Assembly (NCBI GenBank): GCA_964016885.1
Contig: OZ024741.1
Location: forward strand, 266,538,001-266,602,000
Source: Eledone cirrhosa
Lineage: Eukaryota
Direction: 5' to 3'
DNA: 64,000 nucleotides
The notes beneath the pieces were generated by a model. It made no database searches. It saw nothing but the letters and a program-made list of their open reading frames with translations, and was not told where the DNA came from. Of this stretch, positions 1 to 13,431 are shown piece by piece. A program made the position numbers and the translations under genes. Numbering within the stretch: position 1 is the stretch's first letter; each line of letters opens with the position of its first letter.

Positions 1-539
1 AGCTAAATATATTTTATGTTTTATACCATTACTTATTTGTATAGGTAAGTATACCTTACCCGTATGTTTTGTGAAGGTACGTATACTTTCTCGTACGTAT
101 ATTTGCTTGTATTTGTTATAGGTGTATATATTATATTATATATACTGGTACATGTGTATATGGTTGTGTATTTTGTGTGTGTATGCGTGTTTGCACGTAT
201 GTAAGGTGTGTATATGTGTACTTTGTGTTTTGGTTGATGTACGTTTAGTGAACATGTGTATTTACCTTTAGGTATGTGTGTGTGTGTGTGTGTTATTTAC
301 GTATTTGTGTGTATATTTATATACGTTTATATAATTATATGTATACACACATGCGTGTATGTCGTCATCATCATTTTTACGTTCGCTTTTCCCTGCTTGT
401 AAGGGTGGGACGACAACTGATTCTGGCTCGATTTCTACAGCTGGATGCCCTTCCTAACACCAACCTCATTTACAGTGAGTGCTGGGTGCTCTTTTGCCGT
501 GGCACCTCCATGACCACTTTGCAGTGGAATGATATGGAC

Positions 540-688
540 CCCAGTCCCTATCATCTCATTTCTACAGCTGAGTAAACTGGAGCAATGTGAAATAGTGTCT
601 TGCTCAAGGAAACAACACATCACCCGGTCTGAGAATTGAACTCACAACCTTTCGATTGCAAGGCCAATGCTCTAACCACTAAGCCATG
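540..688 (-). mobile_element. CORE-like SINE family B (head and core)
   Basis: Minus strand reads TGGCTTAGTGGTTAGAGC (A-box), GTTCAATTC (B-box), CCTTGAGCAAGACACT (CORE-like). Confidence 0.85.
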
Positions 689-1182
689 TATATATTTAAT
701 TATTGTTGATTTCAATAACCTCTATCATTTTCGTTCTACTAATTTATTTACATTATTCTTAACTTTGAAGCCGAGAATCATTCGATTTCGTAAATAGAGT
801 ATTAGTCTACGACTCCATTTATACCATAAACGTAGTTTTGTCTTTGCGTGTAATTGTTCTCATTGCTCCACATAATGACATATCTTCGCATTTTTCCGTT
901 CATTGCCAGGGAACATCTTCACGAACCCAAGTATCGTCTTCTTGTTTTCCTTCGGTTGCAACGTTTTTCAAAATATTTACTTCTGCGTTCAGATTGATTT
1001 TCTTTTTTTTTTTTTTTTTTAAGCTTCAGAAGATCCCGTTAAGGGTGAAAGCAGCGATTCTTTGCTTAAACTTTAATCTGTTATTTTAATAAATATTTGC
1101 TCTAGGGTTCTTATATATTTGATATATATTTTTCCTTATCGAGCCCTCTTTGGATTTTAGTCTCCAAATTTATTATTATTAC

Positions 1183-1228
<46 letters not shown>

Positions 1229-2734
1229 ATACATACATTCACAGAAGTAAAAGTACACATGTGTAAAAGTAGAATACACAGACATATGTCAAGTGTTCAT
1301 GGTTCGGAGACTGAGAAGACTGTGGATGAGGGTAGTACTTGATGTCTGTTAAGTTGTAGAGTAATTCTAGGTATATATGTATATAACTATGTATATGCAT
1401 CGGTACACACACTCGCCTACACATGGGTATGCACTTTATTTGTGTGAATATATGTATTTGATATGCTCTTAACCTCATTTCCCAGAGACGACCTGGTTAT
1501 TGGTTACAACCTGCTTATTTCTTCTCAATCTCTGCTTGACTGAAAAGTTCTCCCGTTTAGTGAACAGTTTCAAGCTGGTGGTGGGTTGAATATATTCCAG
1601 TATTCCTTCAAAAAAGCAAGTTGTTTTTCTACTTGGCTAGTTAATAGATTAATTACACTTTGGAACGAATGTAACTTAAAAATATTGAAATTTTATCCAC
1701 GCACATGTACATTCATACATACTTGTTTTTCTACTGGTGAAATTTAAATGTGATTTAGTGAAAACTCAGCAAATTTTTTAAATGCTTGTTTCTTTATTTA
1801 ATTAGATAAGTTAAATTTTGTGAAAATTCTAACCTATTCTATTTAGTTTAAGGTGCACCATATCCTTGTATATAATAAGATCCAACTAAAAGGATTGGTG
1901 CCAGGAAGGGCATCTGACTGTAAAACTTTGCCTCAAAAGATCCTATTATGAGTATGTTGCCTATCGTGGTTCCTGCAAGGCTAACTTCTGCTTTAACAGG
2001 GAAAATGGCCTTAAAAATGCTTGTTGGTGTATTTAGTTTATGAAATAAGATTTTTGCTGTTGTATTGCTTCTCTTTTAGATTTTAATCTTATTTATCAGG
2101 TTAAATACTTAACAAAGTTCAACTGTTGTTAGTGTAATAAAATGTTATGGTTTCAAAGAGAAAATGTTCTTGAATATAGAACTGGCAACTGTAACCATTT
2201 TAATCCCTTTGATACCACCTTGGGTAAATGTTATTTACCATAGTTTCAGGTTGATGTAAGCTTCGTGTGTAAAATTGGGTAGACAAAGTGTGTGGAAGCC
2301 TGGTGGATGAAGTGTACCGGTAATTCAAAGGGCTAACGTTGTTGCATGTTATCAATGCTGAATCTCTGAGAATTATGTTATCTCTAGAATACTTAGCCAC
2401 TTAAACTATAAAATGAGGTGGGCTGTACTTAATTCAAAGTCTTGTCAAGTTGGAAATTTAAATTGCAAAACTTTAAAATGTGTGGTTTTGTACATAGATA
2501 CGGAAATGGTTTTGAGTGAGTTGGTATCATGAGTTAACAAGTGTGAGGTTAACTGCAATACTTGAACTTGATATATTCCCTAACATCTTGAAAGTTATGA
2601 TTCTCCATAATTGCTGTAAAAATCATTGTAAATACTATTAAGTTTGCTTCAATGTTAAATTTAAATCTAATTGAACTTCAAATTGTTTTTTTTTCTTTTA
2701 TATTGAAAGATGGATAAACTCTATTAATTTATAA

Positions 2735-3060
2735 GTGCAATCATGGCTGTGTGGTGAAGTTCACATTGCAACCATATGGTTTGGGGTTTGGTCCCATTGT
2801 GTGGCACCTTGAGCAAGTGTCTTATACCATAGCCTTGGGTTGACTAATACTTTTTGAGTGAAATTTGGTAGGCAAAACCTACTGAAGTCTATTGTGTGTG
2901 TCGGTCATAGTATGTGCTTGTGTTTACTCCTAACTTAACTGGTTTTGTTTATGCTCTGTAACTTAACAGTTTGACAAATATGGACCGATAAAATAATACC
3001 AGGCTTATTTTGTTTGACTAGACCCTTCAAAGTGGTGTTTCAGTAAGATTAGAAACATTA
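2735..3060 (+). mobile_element. CORE-like SINE family G
   Basis: CATGGCTGTGTGGT head, GGCACCTTGAGCAAGTGTCTT core, TATAGCC/GTGAAATTTGGTAG body, internal (TG)n. Other copies at about 21978-22092(+), 50840-51055(-), 62640-62790(+). Confidence 0.8.
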
Positions 3061-3215
3061 AAAAAAGTAATTAAAATTTTTTTTAAAAGTTACTAATCTG
3101 ACTGAATGTGGTACAGATAAATCTATCATGGAATTAGAAGTGGTATCGACAGGAATTAAGTTTTGAACTGAAATTTTCGAAGATTTTTTTTTTCATTCAC
3201 GTTGTCTTGAATTCC

Positions 3216-3450
3216 TTAACACTTTCATTACCATATTACTAATGTAAGACATTGCCAATGATCTGCGTGTAATTTTGAAGTGATTTAGAAATATAAATAA
3301 TCTTCTTATTAAACTGGTGTTTGGAATATAAAAATTCTTGCATAAAATTCCGAGGCAAGGTTTTTAGATAGATATAACCATTCTAAAATATGCAATTTTG
3401 TCTTGTCGAATTGGGGGCAGAGTTAATCAGTTTTATATCAAAAGGGTTAA
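3216..3450 (+). mobile_element. piggyBac-type MITE family C
   Basis: TTAA at both ends (3216-3219, 3447-3450), termini C(A/C)CTTTCA ... TCAAAAGGG; internal CTGGTGTTTGGAA and CATAAAATT shared by roughly 30 fragments in the window. Confidence 0.85.
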
Positions 3451-4941
3451 CATTTTGAAATTCCTTTCTTAAAATACTTCTGCTCATTTTATTAAAATAT
3501 TTCAGTTTTTATTTATTTATTTACGCTTTCAGTTTTTGCTTTAAGAAAGCAAACTGTTAAGTTTCTAATTAGAAATCTACAATTGTTTCTTGTTTATGGA
3601 AACTGTATTGTTGTCAAGTGTGTTTGGGTAAATATTTAACTTAATTTCTGCTCTTTAAAAGACCTGTTGTTCATTCAACTTATTTAGTAAGACATTGTTG
3701 AGAAAGGCAGCCGAAACAACTGAGAAGTCAGCCATTTTGATTATAGGTTGTTTTTATTTTTGGTTTTTCGTCTTTCCTTTTTAAAAAACTTTATTACAGT
3801 GGTCTTAAAAGAAAGGAGTGGTGATTAAAAGTACATAATTAGTAAATAGCTGTTGTAACTAACTAAGATATTTATTTACTTGTGTTGATTTTAGTTATGT
3901 TTATTTTGGTACAATGGAGTGATTGGTGTCTTAACATATTTGCCTCTAAAACAAACAAAAGCTAAAAAGCATTAAAAGTTGACATTTATTTTTATTTCTC
4001 TTTACATCTCGTGAAATATTTAATTGTGATATTTGGGCGCTTTTTCTTTAAATTGGTTGTTTTCCCATATTTTTATGAAAACCATTGCTTAATTGAGTGA
4101 TTTAGCTTATAATGTTCTTATTGAAAACTGTTCATCTATTTGGGTTGACTATTCTTATGTAGTGGGTCACACAAACAAGATACTAAGCTAATCATGTTTT
4201 GATTGTTAAAATCTTTCTAAAGAAAACTTCTCAGTGTTTGTCAGCTTTTCTATCTATAATGTTAACCTTTTAAGACCTGTTAACAAAAATGTCAATTCTT
4301 CTCTAAGTCAACATGTTCTATTAAACAGATACTGTAGTTTTAAATTGCAGAAAAAATGTCACTTCACTTAGATATTCTGAGGATGGAAGATAATTAAAAA
4401 GGAAAATTTATAGCAAGCCTCCTACAATAGGTTTCTTGGGTGTTTTAAAGATAGGGGTCCTCTCTCTTAGCTTGAAAAGCAATGTTAAATGAAATGTCTT
4501 GGTCAAGAACGCAATACACCACCTGGCCCAGGAATTAAATTCATGACCATATGATCTTAAGTCCAACAGCCTGACCGGTAGATCATACACTGTCATTAAT
4601 AGTAGTAGTAGTATATTATTTAACAGTGGTTCTTCTTTTGACTCTCTTAGATTAATATTAACTTCCTGATTACATTTCCACAATTTTCTGGGTGCACACT
4701 TGACAGGATGACAGATGAGGCTGAAGATGAATATTTTTCTAGTTACAATACAAAGTTTTCATTTTGAATTAAACAGCTTCACTGTTTTGTACAAGGAGGA
4801 TTGTAGGTTTTCAGTTTCAGATAAAATATTACTAGAACAAGGAATGGCAGATCATTCTCACTTCATAGGTTTCTGATTATATTGTAGAGTTTTTGGTTAG
4901 AAATAGTTGAAATCATCATAATCATTATGTTGGTTATACCA

Positions 4942-5157
4942 GGGCGGTTGATTGGCAGTATCGGTAGAGGGTTGGACTGCCATGCTTTGCAGCATAGAGT
5001 TACGGCCCTTTATGATCTGAGTTCAAATCCCGCCGAGGTTAAATTTGCCTTTCATCCTTACGGGGTCGATAAAATAAAGTACCAGTCGCACACTGGGGTC
5101 GATTTAATCGACTTTCCCCTACCCCAAAAATTGCTGGCCTTGTGCCTATATAAGAAA
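4942..5157 (+). mobile_element. SINE family A, full length (tRNA-like head plus GCCTTTCATCC..GGGGTCGATAAAATAAAGTACCAG central domain, resembling the Meta/MESC domain)
   Basis: B-box GAGTTCAAATCCC; more than 10 related copies in the window; imperfect TSD tcatt(a)tgttggtt(a)tacca; inserted in the tail of an RTE relic. Domain name is from recall. Confidence 0.9.
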
Positions 5158-5174
5158 TCATTGTTGGTTTACCA

Positions 5175-5640
5175 TGCTAGCATGGGTTGGCCAAGTCTTC
5201 TCCAGCCCAGCCAAGCCCAGCTTCTTTCCACTTGTTTACTTCCTTCACCATGTTTGTGAGGTTCAACATCCTGGGATCAGTTCTCACCATTTCTACCAAA
5301 GTATTATTTCAGATTTTGAAAATATTTTACCAAGAAATTTATTATAGAAAATTTCCAGGTTACATATTTTCAAAATTTGAAATAAAAATTAAAAATTATT
5401 GGTTAAACTTTTTTTACATTTTTAAAAGGTTAAGTTGTTTATGGGCAACCAACCTGTACTTGGGAATTCTTGTCAATTCTTCCCTTAACGATAATCCTCC
5501 TTATGCATCATGTATCTGTACCAGTACAACCTTCTGTTTTGTACTCTTATACTACATCTGATTCCTCTTGTACTTAGTTTTTTTCTCTAACTTAGCTGTG
5601 CTTTGTTGAAGAATTCCTGTTGTGAGACTGACATGAAAAT
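5175..5640 (-). mobile_element. Decayed RTE 3' relic
   Basis: CATGCTAGCATGGGTTGG tail and TACATCTGATTCCTCTT...TTTTCTCT coding remnant. Similar relics at about 17570-17800(-), 27680-27930(-), 39770-40200(-). Confidence 0.75.
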
Positions 5641-5681
5641 TGTTGGTATTCACCGAAAAAATATTATTAAATGGAAATAAT

Positions 5682-5888
5682 GGTTTCTGATTTAGGCAGA
5701 AGGTCAACGATTTTGGGGGAGAGTAAAGTCGATTAAATCGACCCCAGTGCGTTACTGGTACTTTATTTTGTCGACCCCCATAAGGATGAACGGCAAAGCT
5801 AACCTCAACGGAATTTGAACTAAGAATGTAAAGGGCCGTAACTCTATGCCGCGAAGCAGTGTCCAACACTGCCGATCCACTGCCTTTT
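5682..5888 (-). mobile_element. SINE family A, full length
   Basis: Reverse complement of the 4942 copy; 15-bp TSD TTAAATGGAAATAAT (5667-5681 / 5889-5903). Confidence 0.9.
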
Positions 5889-6354
5889 TTAAATGGAAAT
5901 AATAGTATTGTTGCAGAACAATTTAGTTGTTACTTCAGTCATTTAAATATTCTTTCCCACTAAAAGTACTTCTGTTCAGATGTCAGCAGGACATTACTCA
6001 ATGTGTTTATAATTTTCTGTTGTCAACTCATTTAGTCAAATTGATATGGCTGACTGCTTGTGAATTTATCAATGCCATTGCCTTTCTTCATCAGATATAT
6101 CGACCATTCTCTTGATGAGTACTACACAGATGATACATCAGACATATCCAGTGACAAGCTGAACACAGATGAAAAACTGTATTGTTGCTGTTGAATGATG
6201 GGATGTCCTTAGATCATCTCATTGCTTTGCGTGTTTAACTTCAGACTGTAGCAGCACACCTTCCCATCTACAAGCAAGTCCTTCAATGTGTTTGGTTATG
6301 AATTATACAAGCTGTGACGATGTGCTTCGTGTGGTCTTTTTAACACTTAAGAAT

Positions 6355-6492
6355 CCACTGTTAATCCACCATAAGCTATTACAACCCACTGTTAACCTGC
6401 CATAAACTACTTAGGGCCACAGTGTTGACAAGAATTCTGTTAACCTGCCATAAACTGCTATAACCCACTATTAACCCATCGTAAACCACTAT
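6355..6492. repeat. Degenerate tandem repeat, unit about 30 bp
   Basis: CCACTGTTAACCTGCCATAAACT-like unit four times. Confidence 0.75.
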
Positions 6493-7469
6493 CCTTGTCG
6501 GGTGGGTCTCCATTACAGATCATGCCTGGTTCACTAGAGAATCCGTTTCATGGTCAGTGTAATGTTGATAAATCGTGAATGCCAGAGAATTTCAGTTTGA
6601 AGAATTTTCTCCTTATTTGATTTTTGTGGCTATGTTGCAGATACATTCACTATATTGAAATAGTGCCTATGTATCCATTAATTAAAGATTATCTTTACAC
6701 AAAATTGTATTATTCATTCAATGCAAAGCTTATCTAATAATTCTTTTTGATAAAGCCATAAGGCTAACTTATTAGGATGGGACATAGTAAATTGTTACCA
6801 TATTTCTAATGGAAAACACTGCCTATAAGTTTCAAATAATTTTGAAAATAAAGAATTTAGAGGGATTTAGAGATATCTTTCTCATTATGTTGGTGTTTGG
6901 AACATAACTAGAAAATTCTTACATAAAATTATGATGGAAGATTTTTAGATAAATATAGATTTTCTGATAAATATAACTTTAGTCAGCTTTGTATCATAGA
7001 ATCAGGGAGTAATTTCAGGCGGTTTAGTATCAGATGCAAAACTCAAATATTCATTAACCATGAAAGTTATCGCAAAACATTTCATTCCATTTCATTTGAC
7101 AAAGGTCAACTTATAATGGGATTGAGACCTAATTGATCCCAGTACATTAGAAATAGCTCTATTACTGATCCATGTGGAATGAAGATCAATATTAACTGTG
7201 AGTATATATAATTTCAACTCCCAAGGAATGAAACTAAATACTGTAAATTGAATCTGGCCAATCCTGAATTCTGCAATCTTGCTATCCTGTATGTAAATAA
7301 TGTATCATATATTAAAATATTTTCTTGCTATCTTACAACAGTAAATGTTACCACACCCATTATGAAATTATGACTAACCTATTTTGTTTTAATACTATTT
7401 ATTGGTTGCATTTCTGTTGGTGTGAAGTGGACCAGGCAAGAGCTGAAACAAGATAGGTGTCAAAATAAT

Positions 7470-7662
7470 AATTGTTTCTACATTTTGGCACAAAGCCAGC
7501 AAATACTCAGTGTATCACTGGTACTTTATTTTATCGACCCCGTAAGGATGAAAGGCAAAGTTAACCCCGGCGGGATTTGAACTCGGATCATAAAGGGACC
7601 TAACTCTATGCTTCAAAGCATGGTGTCCAACTCTCTACCTATACTGCCAATCCACCACCTTT
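7470..7662 (-). mobile_element. SINE family A, short-tail subtype
   Basis: 14-bp TSD GGTGTCAAAATAAT (7456-7469 / 7663-7676); lacks the GTCGATTTAATCGAC segment. Confidence 0.9.
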
Positions 7663-8804
7663 GGTGTCAAAATAATGAGGAGAATATGAACTTGGATATA
7701 TAATATATATTAATTTCATATTGTAGTGCAGAATGAATTTCCAATTTCTAAAAATGAAATATAGGGATGAATCTATAAGCACTGTGGCTCCAAATGCAGG
7801 TCACTGCATTTTTTGCTACCATTGTTCTAATGAAAATACTATTACTTTCAAATTGATAAAGAAAATTCTTTAAGTTGATGTTTGGAACATAATGTGACAT
7901 TTTTTACATAAAATTGTGATAGGATTTTAGATAAATATACTTTGAGGGAAATTTTAGACAGTTCAGTATCAAAATGGATAAAGGGATATTTTTCTTCTGG
8001 CTGTTAAGATGGTGTGTTACTGCTAAGGTATTCTACCATCATAATCAGTTTTAAGTCCATTTTTTCCTATGTTGGCATGGATTGGGTGGGTCATTTTTAG
8101 GCAGAATTCTATATCTGGATGCCCTTTCTGTCCTAACCTTCCTTTGTTTTATTTTTTTAAAATAAGGTAGGAATCATTGCACATCTAACAGCTGAGCAGC
8201 GAGATAAACTCTGGTTTGATGAGCCTCTTGTCTTTGGACTGACTTTACCTTTAAGTTTAGTTGATTTCGGTGTTTCATTTGGATTTAAAGTAAAAGCAAA
8301 TAAAACATTTCTCTTTTCATTTTTTTTTAATATATCAAGCCATCTGAAACTACTGGTCATATGATACAAAACTATTTGTTTTAAAGAGATGATGTTTATA
8401 TTTAACTGAAACTCCTTCCAGTGTATAAAGTACCAGTAATACACTGAGTAATTGCTGGCCTTGTGCCTAACGTAGAAACAATTATAATTTTATATAAGAA
8501 TCTTTGTTCCAAGTATCAGCTAGTTTTTCAAGTTAGTTATATTATTACAAATCCATCTAAATTATTTTCAACATTATTTAAAAATTATAGTCAGTGTCTT
8601 TAATTAAAAACATGATAATGAAAGGGTTAGCCATTCTCTTATATTTTTAATGTGGTCACCTGTATGTTAGTCTGTCGTCAATATGTTTAGTAGTTATCTA
8701 CGTGTTCTGCCATACTAACCTGATTGTGCCATGTGCACACTTGGTTTGCACATGTTCAGTGAATATATGGTTTGACATGTGGTATTTAGTCATGACTTAT
8801 TCAT

Positions 8805-9100
8805 TACATTGAGTTCAAGTCCCACTGAAGTCAACTTTGCCTTTTATTTTACCAGAGTTAAAATAAAATACCAGTTATCTACTGGTGTTCAATTAATCAA
8901 CTCCCACCTGAAATTTCTGCTCTTGTATTTAGTTAATGTCAGACAAAACACTGCCTCTCTTACATTGTGTTCAAATCTTGCTGAAGTCAACTCTTTTATT
9001 CTTTCAGAATTTATAAAACCCAGTACCAGTCAAGTATTGGAGGTCAATCGACCATGCCCCACCCCAAAAATTGCTGGCCTTGTACCTAAATTAGAAATCG
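8805..9100 (+). mobile_element. Two degenerate tandem SINE family A fragments
   Basis: GAGTTCAAGTCCCACTGAAGTCAACTTTGCC and the AAAATTGCTGGCCTTGTACCTAAATTAGAAA tail. Confidence 0.7.
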
Positions 9101-9487
9101 TTATTTTGTTTAGTATGAGGATGGATAACCATCTTTGCAGAACGGTTTCTATTTTACAAATTTTTTAGTTCCTTTCTCTTGAAGTTACTATCGTATGATG
9201 GTTGTTGTTTAACCCCAGGTCAGCTCTGATTGAACATATAATCAAAGGTGTTTCACAATCTCCATCCTATCTCTGTCCCTACTAGACTTAATATTAACTT
9301 GAACATATGAGCAAATCGGTCCCTGAGACAAAGCTGATTGTAATTGGTTAAGGCTCCAAGCTGGTCATTAAGAATAAAATGTTAAATTGAAACTTTGCGC
9401 ACACATGCATGTGTGTGCATATATATGTATATACACACATATGTACATATATATGCATGTGCACATACACACACACGTGTGAGTATG

Positions 9488-9522
<35 letters not shown>

Positions 9523-10204
9523 ATAGGTGGAGATTATGCCTTAGTCTATTTAATGGCAATACCATTTTCTTGTATTCTCTTTCACATGTCTCTTTATAAA
9601 GAATGTATACAATTTACTATTCCTTATCTAACAGTTGGACTAGGTCTTGTAAATGAAGCTATTGTTTTCTGTATTGAGACAGATGTACTCTTGTATCAAC
9701 TGCATAACAAATATAACTGTATTATATCTTATCAGATGTCAAGCTTAATTTTTGTTTAAGTAACCGGCCTGTTGACCTTTTTTCCTATAGAATTACTTCA
9801 TGTCCTTTATGAATCCTTTCAACATTGAATAATTGTAGTTAGTGTGAGCCATAGAGAGAATTATAGTGGTTAACAAGTTAAGTCTGTCATCTATTTTGAG
9901 TCCCACATGAAAAACATTTTTCTTTCGTTTACACTAACTGTTCTAGTCTTTGTTTCTCTAAAACCTGAGCAGTATAATTGAACATCATAACATCTTATTC
10001 TTCTGCCTATTTGACCCCTTCTGATACAAAACACCTGAAATCATCTGATACAAAGCTGTTTAGTTATTAAAAAAATCTTTCCTCGTAATTCTGTGTAAGA
10101 ACCTTTGTTATACTCCAAAGAGCAGTTAGTTATATTATGAAATCTTTTGAATTTTTGGTTATTTTCAAAACTATTTGAAATTTAGGGTTATCAAATAGTG
10201 AAGG

Positions 10205-10410
10205 TAGGCAGTTTAGTGATTAAGGTGTTGGGCTAATTGTTTTGAAGTTGAGGTAGACAATGAGGTATGTTGTCTTACTGCAGCTGGGAGTTAACCTTGC
10301 AATGGACTGGTGTCCCATCCAGGAGGTAGTCTTGTACTCTCTGTTGCTTAATGTCAATGAAACAATGTTTAGGCTAATTAGCCTCTTGGCTCCAGTAGAT
10401 GACTAACAAC
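10205..10410 (+). mobile_element. Degenerate SINE with B-type head and a third tail type
   Basis: TAGTGATTAAGGTGTTGG head; CAGCTGGGAGTTAACCTTGCAATGGACTGGTGTCCCATCCAGG tail, similar to 63850-63900. Confidence 0.6.
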
Positions 10411-10751
10411 ATTGATTCACATGAGAATCTATATCAATGCTTTGTTTATTCATGCACCAATTTGAGTTGACTTTTCATTCATTTGGAGTTAAGTTACCAG
10501 TAACATTTGACTGTTGTATCTAAGTGCATCACTGTGACTTTTTCAAAAACATGTTAGGAGGAGGGTCAACTGTTTGTTAGGAGTTAACTGGTTTTGATGA
10601 TTTATGGTATTTGGTTCTGTCTGTGCCTTCAAATTCATGGTGGGGTCAGTTTCATCCTTCTACTTATTTTATATTCCATTCCACTTTTCTATAGAAATTG
10701 GCCCTTTCATTTGTTAAAAGTAATTAAATTGAAATTGATGTGATTGCTGAG

Positions 10752-10985
10752 TTAACCCTTTCATCACTGTATTTCTAATAAGACACTACCTAAAATTTTC
10801 AAATAGTGTTGAAAATAATATGGGTTTAGTAATACAACTAACCACATTATAAAGCTGGTGTTCGGAACATAAAGGTTCTTACATAAAATGAATATCGAAT
10901 TTTTTTTTTTTAGCTAAATATAGTCTTGAAAACAGTTTTGTATTATACAACTAGGGGCAATTCCGGATGGTTTCGTATCAAAAGT
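10752..10985 (+). mobile_element. piggyBac-type MITE family C
   Basis: TTAACCCTTTCATCACTGTATTTCTAAT left end; family internal motifs; right end decayed. Confidence 0.8.
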
Positions 10986-12049
10986 GTGTGTGTGATTAGC
11001 GAATTTTTAGAGCACCAGACGAGATGGTTTGCGGTATCTGTTTCGAGTGTTCGAACCCTGCCGTTGTGCAGGACGAATAAGCTGACCACGGGACCACAAC
11101 TGATTATGAAAACTCTTACTGCAGCCGAACGATGATGTTTCACTGTCGATTAGTTTATCTTTTCTTGATAGATTATCTTTAGCCATATATCATACCATTA
11201 CAACCACCTTATGAATTACGAACTTGGTTTTACATCTAACATTGTAATACAGCTGTTAATTTATTAGTAAATTCATTTTAGTATATTTTATTGTGCCAAT
11301 ACTAGACATTATTTTCAAAAGTTTTCAAGGATCGACCGTCAGAATTGTTTTTACTATTTAATTTTATAGTAGCTCGGTAAATTCATGTGAATGTGTGTGT
11401 TGGTTATGTAAACGGTTAAACATGTTAAATAATGGAAGTGCTTGTATAACATAGGAGTGAGACTTGTCTTATTCATCATTAGGTCACATTAACACCAGAT
11501 CATTGATGAGTAACCAACCGCTGACTAGCAGGAGTAACACTGACTACATATACTAGTCGAATTGATTTCTCCCAGTCTTAATTTTAAATGTTAATTTCAT
11601 TTCTGTTTTACTTTATATATATATATTTATTAAAATTTACATTATATATAATTATAAAATAATTTTAATCCCCCCCTATTTTATTATTTTATACATTTGG
11701 TGAAATGTACGTATAACAAATAAAATGTTACAATTATCCTTAAACCCTTGTTTGTATTATATGAAATTTAAGAGAAAGTTAGAAGCGTCTTTGAATTTGT
11801 CAACTATTGATATTTAGTTTAAATAACAGGACATATAAGCCCCCTTAACGGAAAAATGATATATAATACTGTTTTTATTGGCGGGGAGAGGGGTTGATAT
11901 CAGTTGTAGCTTGTGAATTGTCTGTCTCAAGTTGTATTGAATTTATTGTAATGTACATAGATGCAGATGACTTTTATATGCAATGTGTGAGTATGTAGTC
12001 ACATTTATAAGAAGGAAATCTATTCAAATATTGGCTTTGACAATAGGAA

Positions 12050-12363
12050 ATAGAGCTGCCTTGTTAGCTACTGTGCTACTACTACTGTTACACATGAAGA
12101 AGAGTGGGTTGGGAGAGAGCTTATCGAGTGAAAGAGACACACACACTATAGGGAAAGAAGCTATATAGCTAACCCGGCTCTACAAGTGTCCTGCCTCAAC
12201 AGTAAACGACAGATTGAGACAGAGAGAGAAAGAAAGATAAAGAAACGGAGAGGAAAAGAGAGGGTTTTTTTTACTGTTTAAAAAAAGCTTTATTGTTCTG
12301 CATGAGTCATTTGTGAAGGTGCACTTTTTATTGTTGGTGTTGTTACTGCTGTCGTTGATATAG
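12050..12363 (+). other. Candidate non-coding first exon A (start approximate)
   Basis: TE-free, GA-rich 5'UTR-like sequence ending in a strong donor GATATAG|GTAAGG (12364-12369); AP-1-type TGAGTCA at 12303-12309. Confidence 0.45.
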
Positions 12364-12859
12364 GTAAGGTGATTATCTAGCTTTAGTTTTCTATATTTCA
12401 TATGATAATTTATTCCTTCGTTTTGTTGCTCTAGGTTGGTGCAGTAATAATATATAGCTGCACAATTTTAACTGGATTTTAAACCAGACTGTACACTCAA
12501 ATAGTGCAGAATGCAGTAATAAATGTAACTGCATTTTAAACTAAACTACTATCAAATAATTCAGTGTGCACGTCCTCTCTCGATTAATTTTTATCGATTT
12601 GTCCATTTTTGCAAATCATTTATTATATAAATTGTGTTTTATATGTATAAGCTGTTTTAATATACAACGCGTTATATATTGTGTGTGTGTGTGTGTAGGA
12701 AAAGGGGGAAAATGTTTGATAAATTTTTCTATAAAAGCTGTGTACATGAGTTGTCACTCCCAACAATCTACATTTTAAATTAGATTATCAAACATGAGAT
12801 AATTAATAATACATATTATAAATGCAGCAGTTTTCTCTTGATATTTATTAAAACGTTTC

Positions 12860-13210
12860 TAAATTTTGGCGGGCGGCTGCCTAAGGTGTATTTTAATGGA
12901 GAAAGAAAACGCTAAAACATATTAAAAAAAGTCAGGTAGTCAGTCATAAATTATATTTTTATCTAACAATCCATTTCTGTTGAGTCACGTGGTGAAAATC
13001 GTGCTTTTATACTTAACGGTTGTATTATAATGTCTATTACAACCTTCGCAAACTTAATTTAACACATTTATACAACGAATAAGTTTTCATTTTATTATTG
13101 CATCAATTTTACTCATCCGATTACTTTATTTTTTAATCGTTATTTTTTTTTTAATATGAAAGTCGAAAAATATAATTTATCGTTAAGTAAGCTACATTTC
13201 TCAGTTTGTG
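12860..13210 (+). promoter_or_regulatory. Candidate core/proximal promoter
   Basis: E2F-like TTTTGGCGGG (12864-12873) overlapping GC-box GGGCGG (12871-12876); overlapping AP-1/E-box TGAGTCACGTG (12981-12991); initiator-like TCAGTT (13201-13206) at the start of a CpG-rich stretch in an otherwise CpG-poor window. Confidence 0.5.
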
Positions 13211-13431
13211 GCGGCATTCGAGACGTTTGTGAGAGCCGGACCTCTGACGAATATTTTAGTAATTGCTGGTGGTTCGTCTGACTGCAGAAACATCAGGTGA
13301 TGCTCATGTTAGTGCTTGGCTATTCCAGCACCTTAGCCTCGCTATCGCCCGTAATAATGCCGTGTTTTAGACCGCCTCAACATTTTCTTTTAGAGGGTAA
13401 CACCAGCAATCTCTGTAGGGTGTAATTACGT
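13203..13431 (+). other. Candidate non-coding first exon B
   Basis: CpG-rich, TE-free, starts at the Inr-like TCAGTT; possible donors CAG|GTGATG after 13296 or CGT|GTACGT after 13431. Confidence 0.4.

Noticed and set aside
620-688. tRNA-like sequence with A and B boxes
   Set aside because: It is the head of a multi-copy SINE continuing into a CORE-like domain; no complete cloverleaf seen.
1286-1342. Short ORF MSSVHGSETEKTVDEG as another phase-1 first exon
   Set aside because: The only phase-1 donor (G|GTAGTA) is weak; not supportable without transcripts.
4821-4868. Short ORF MADHSHFI after an acceptor-like TTTCAG
   Set aside because: Donor TAG|GTTTCT is poor.
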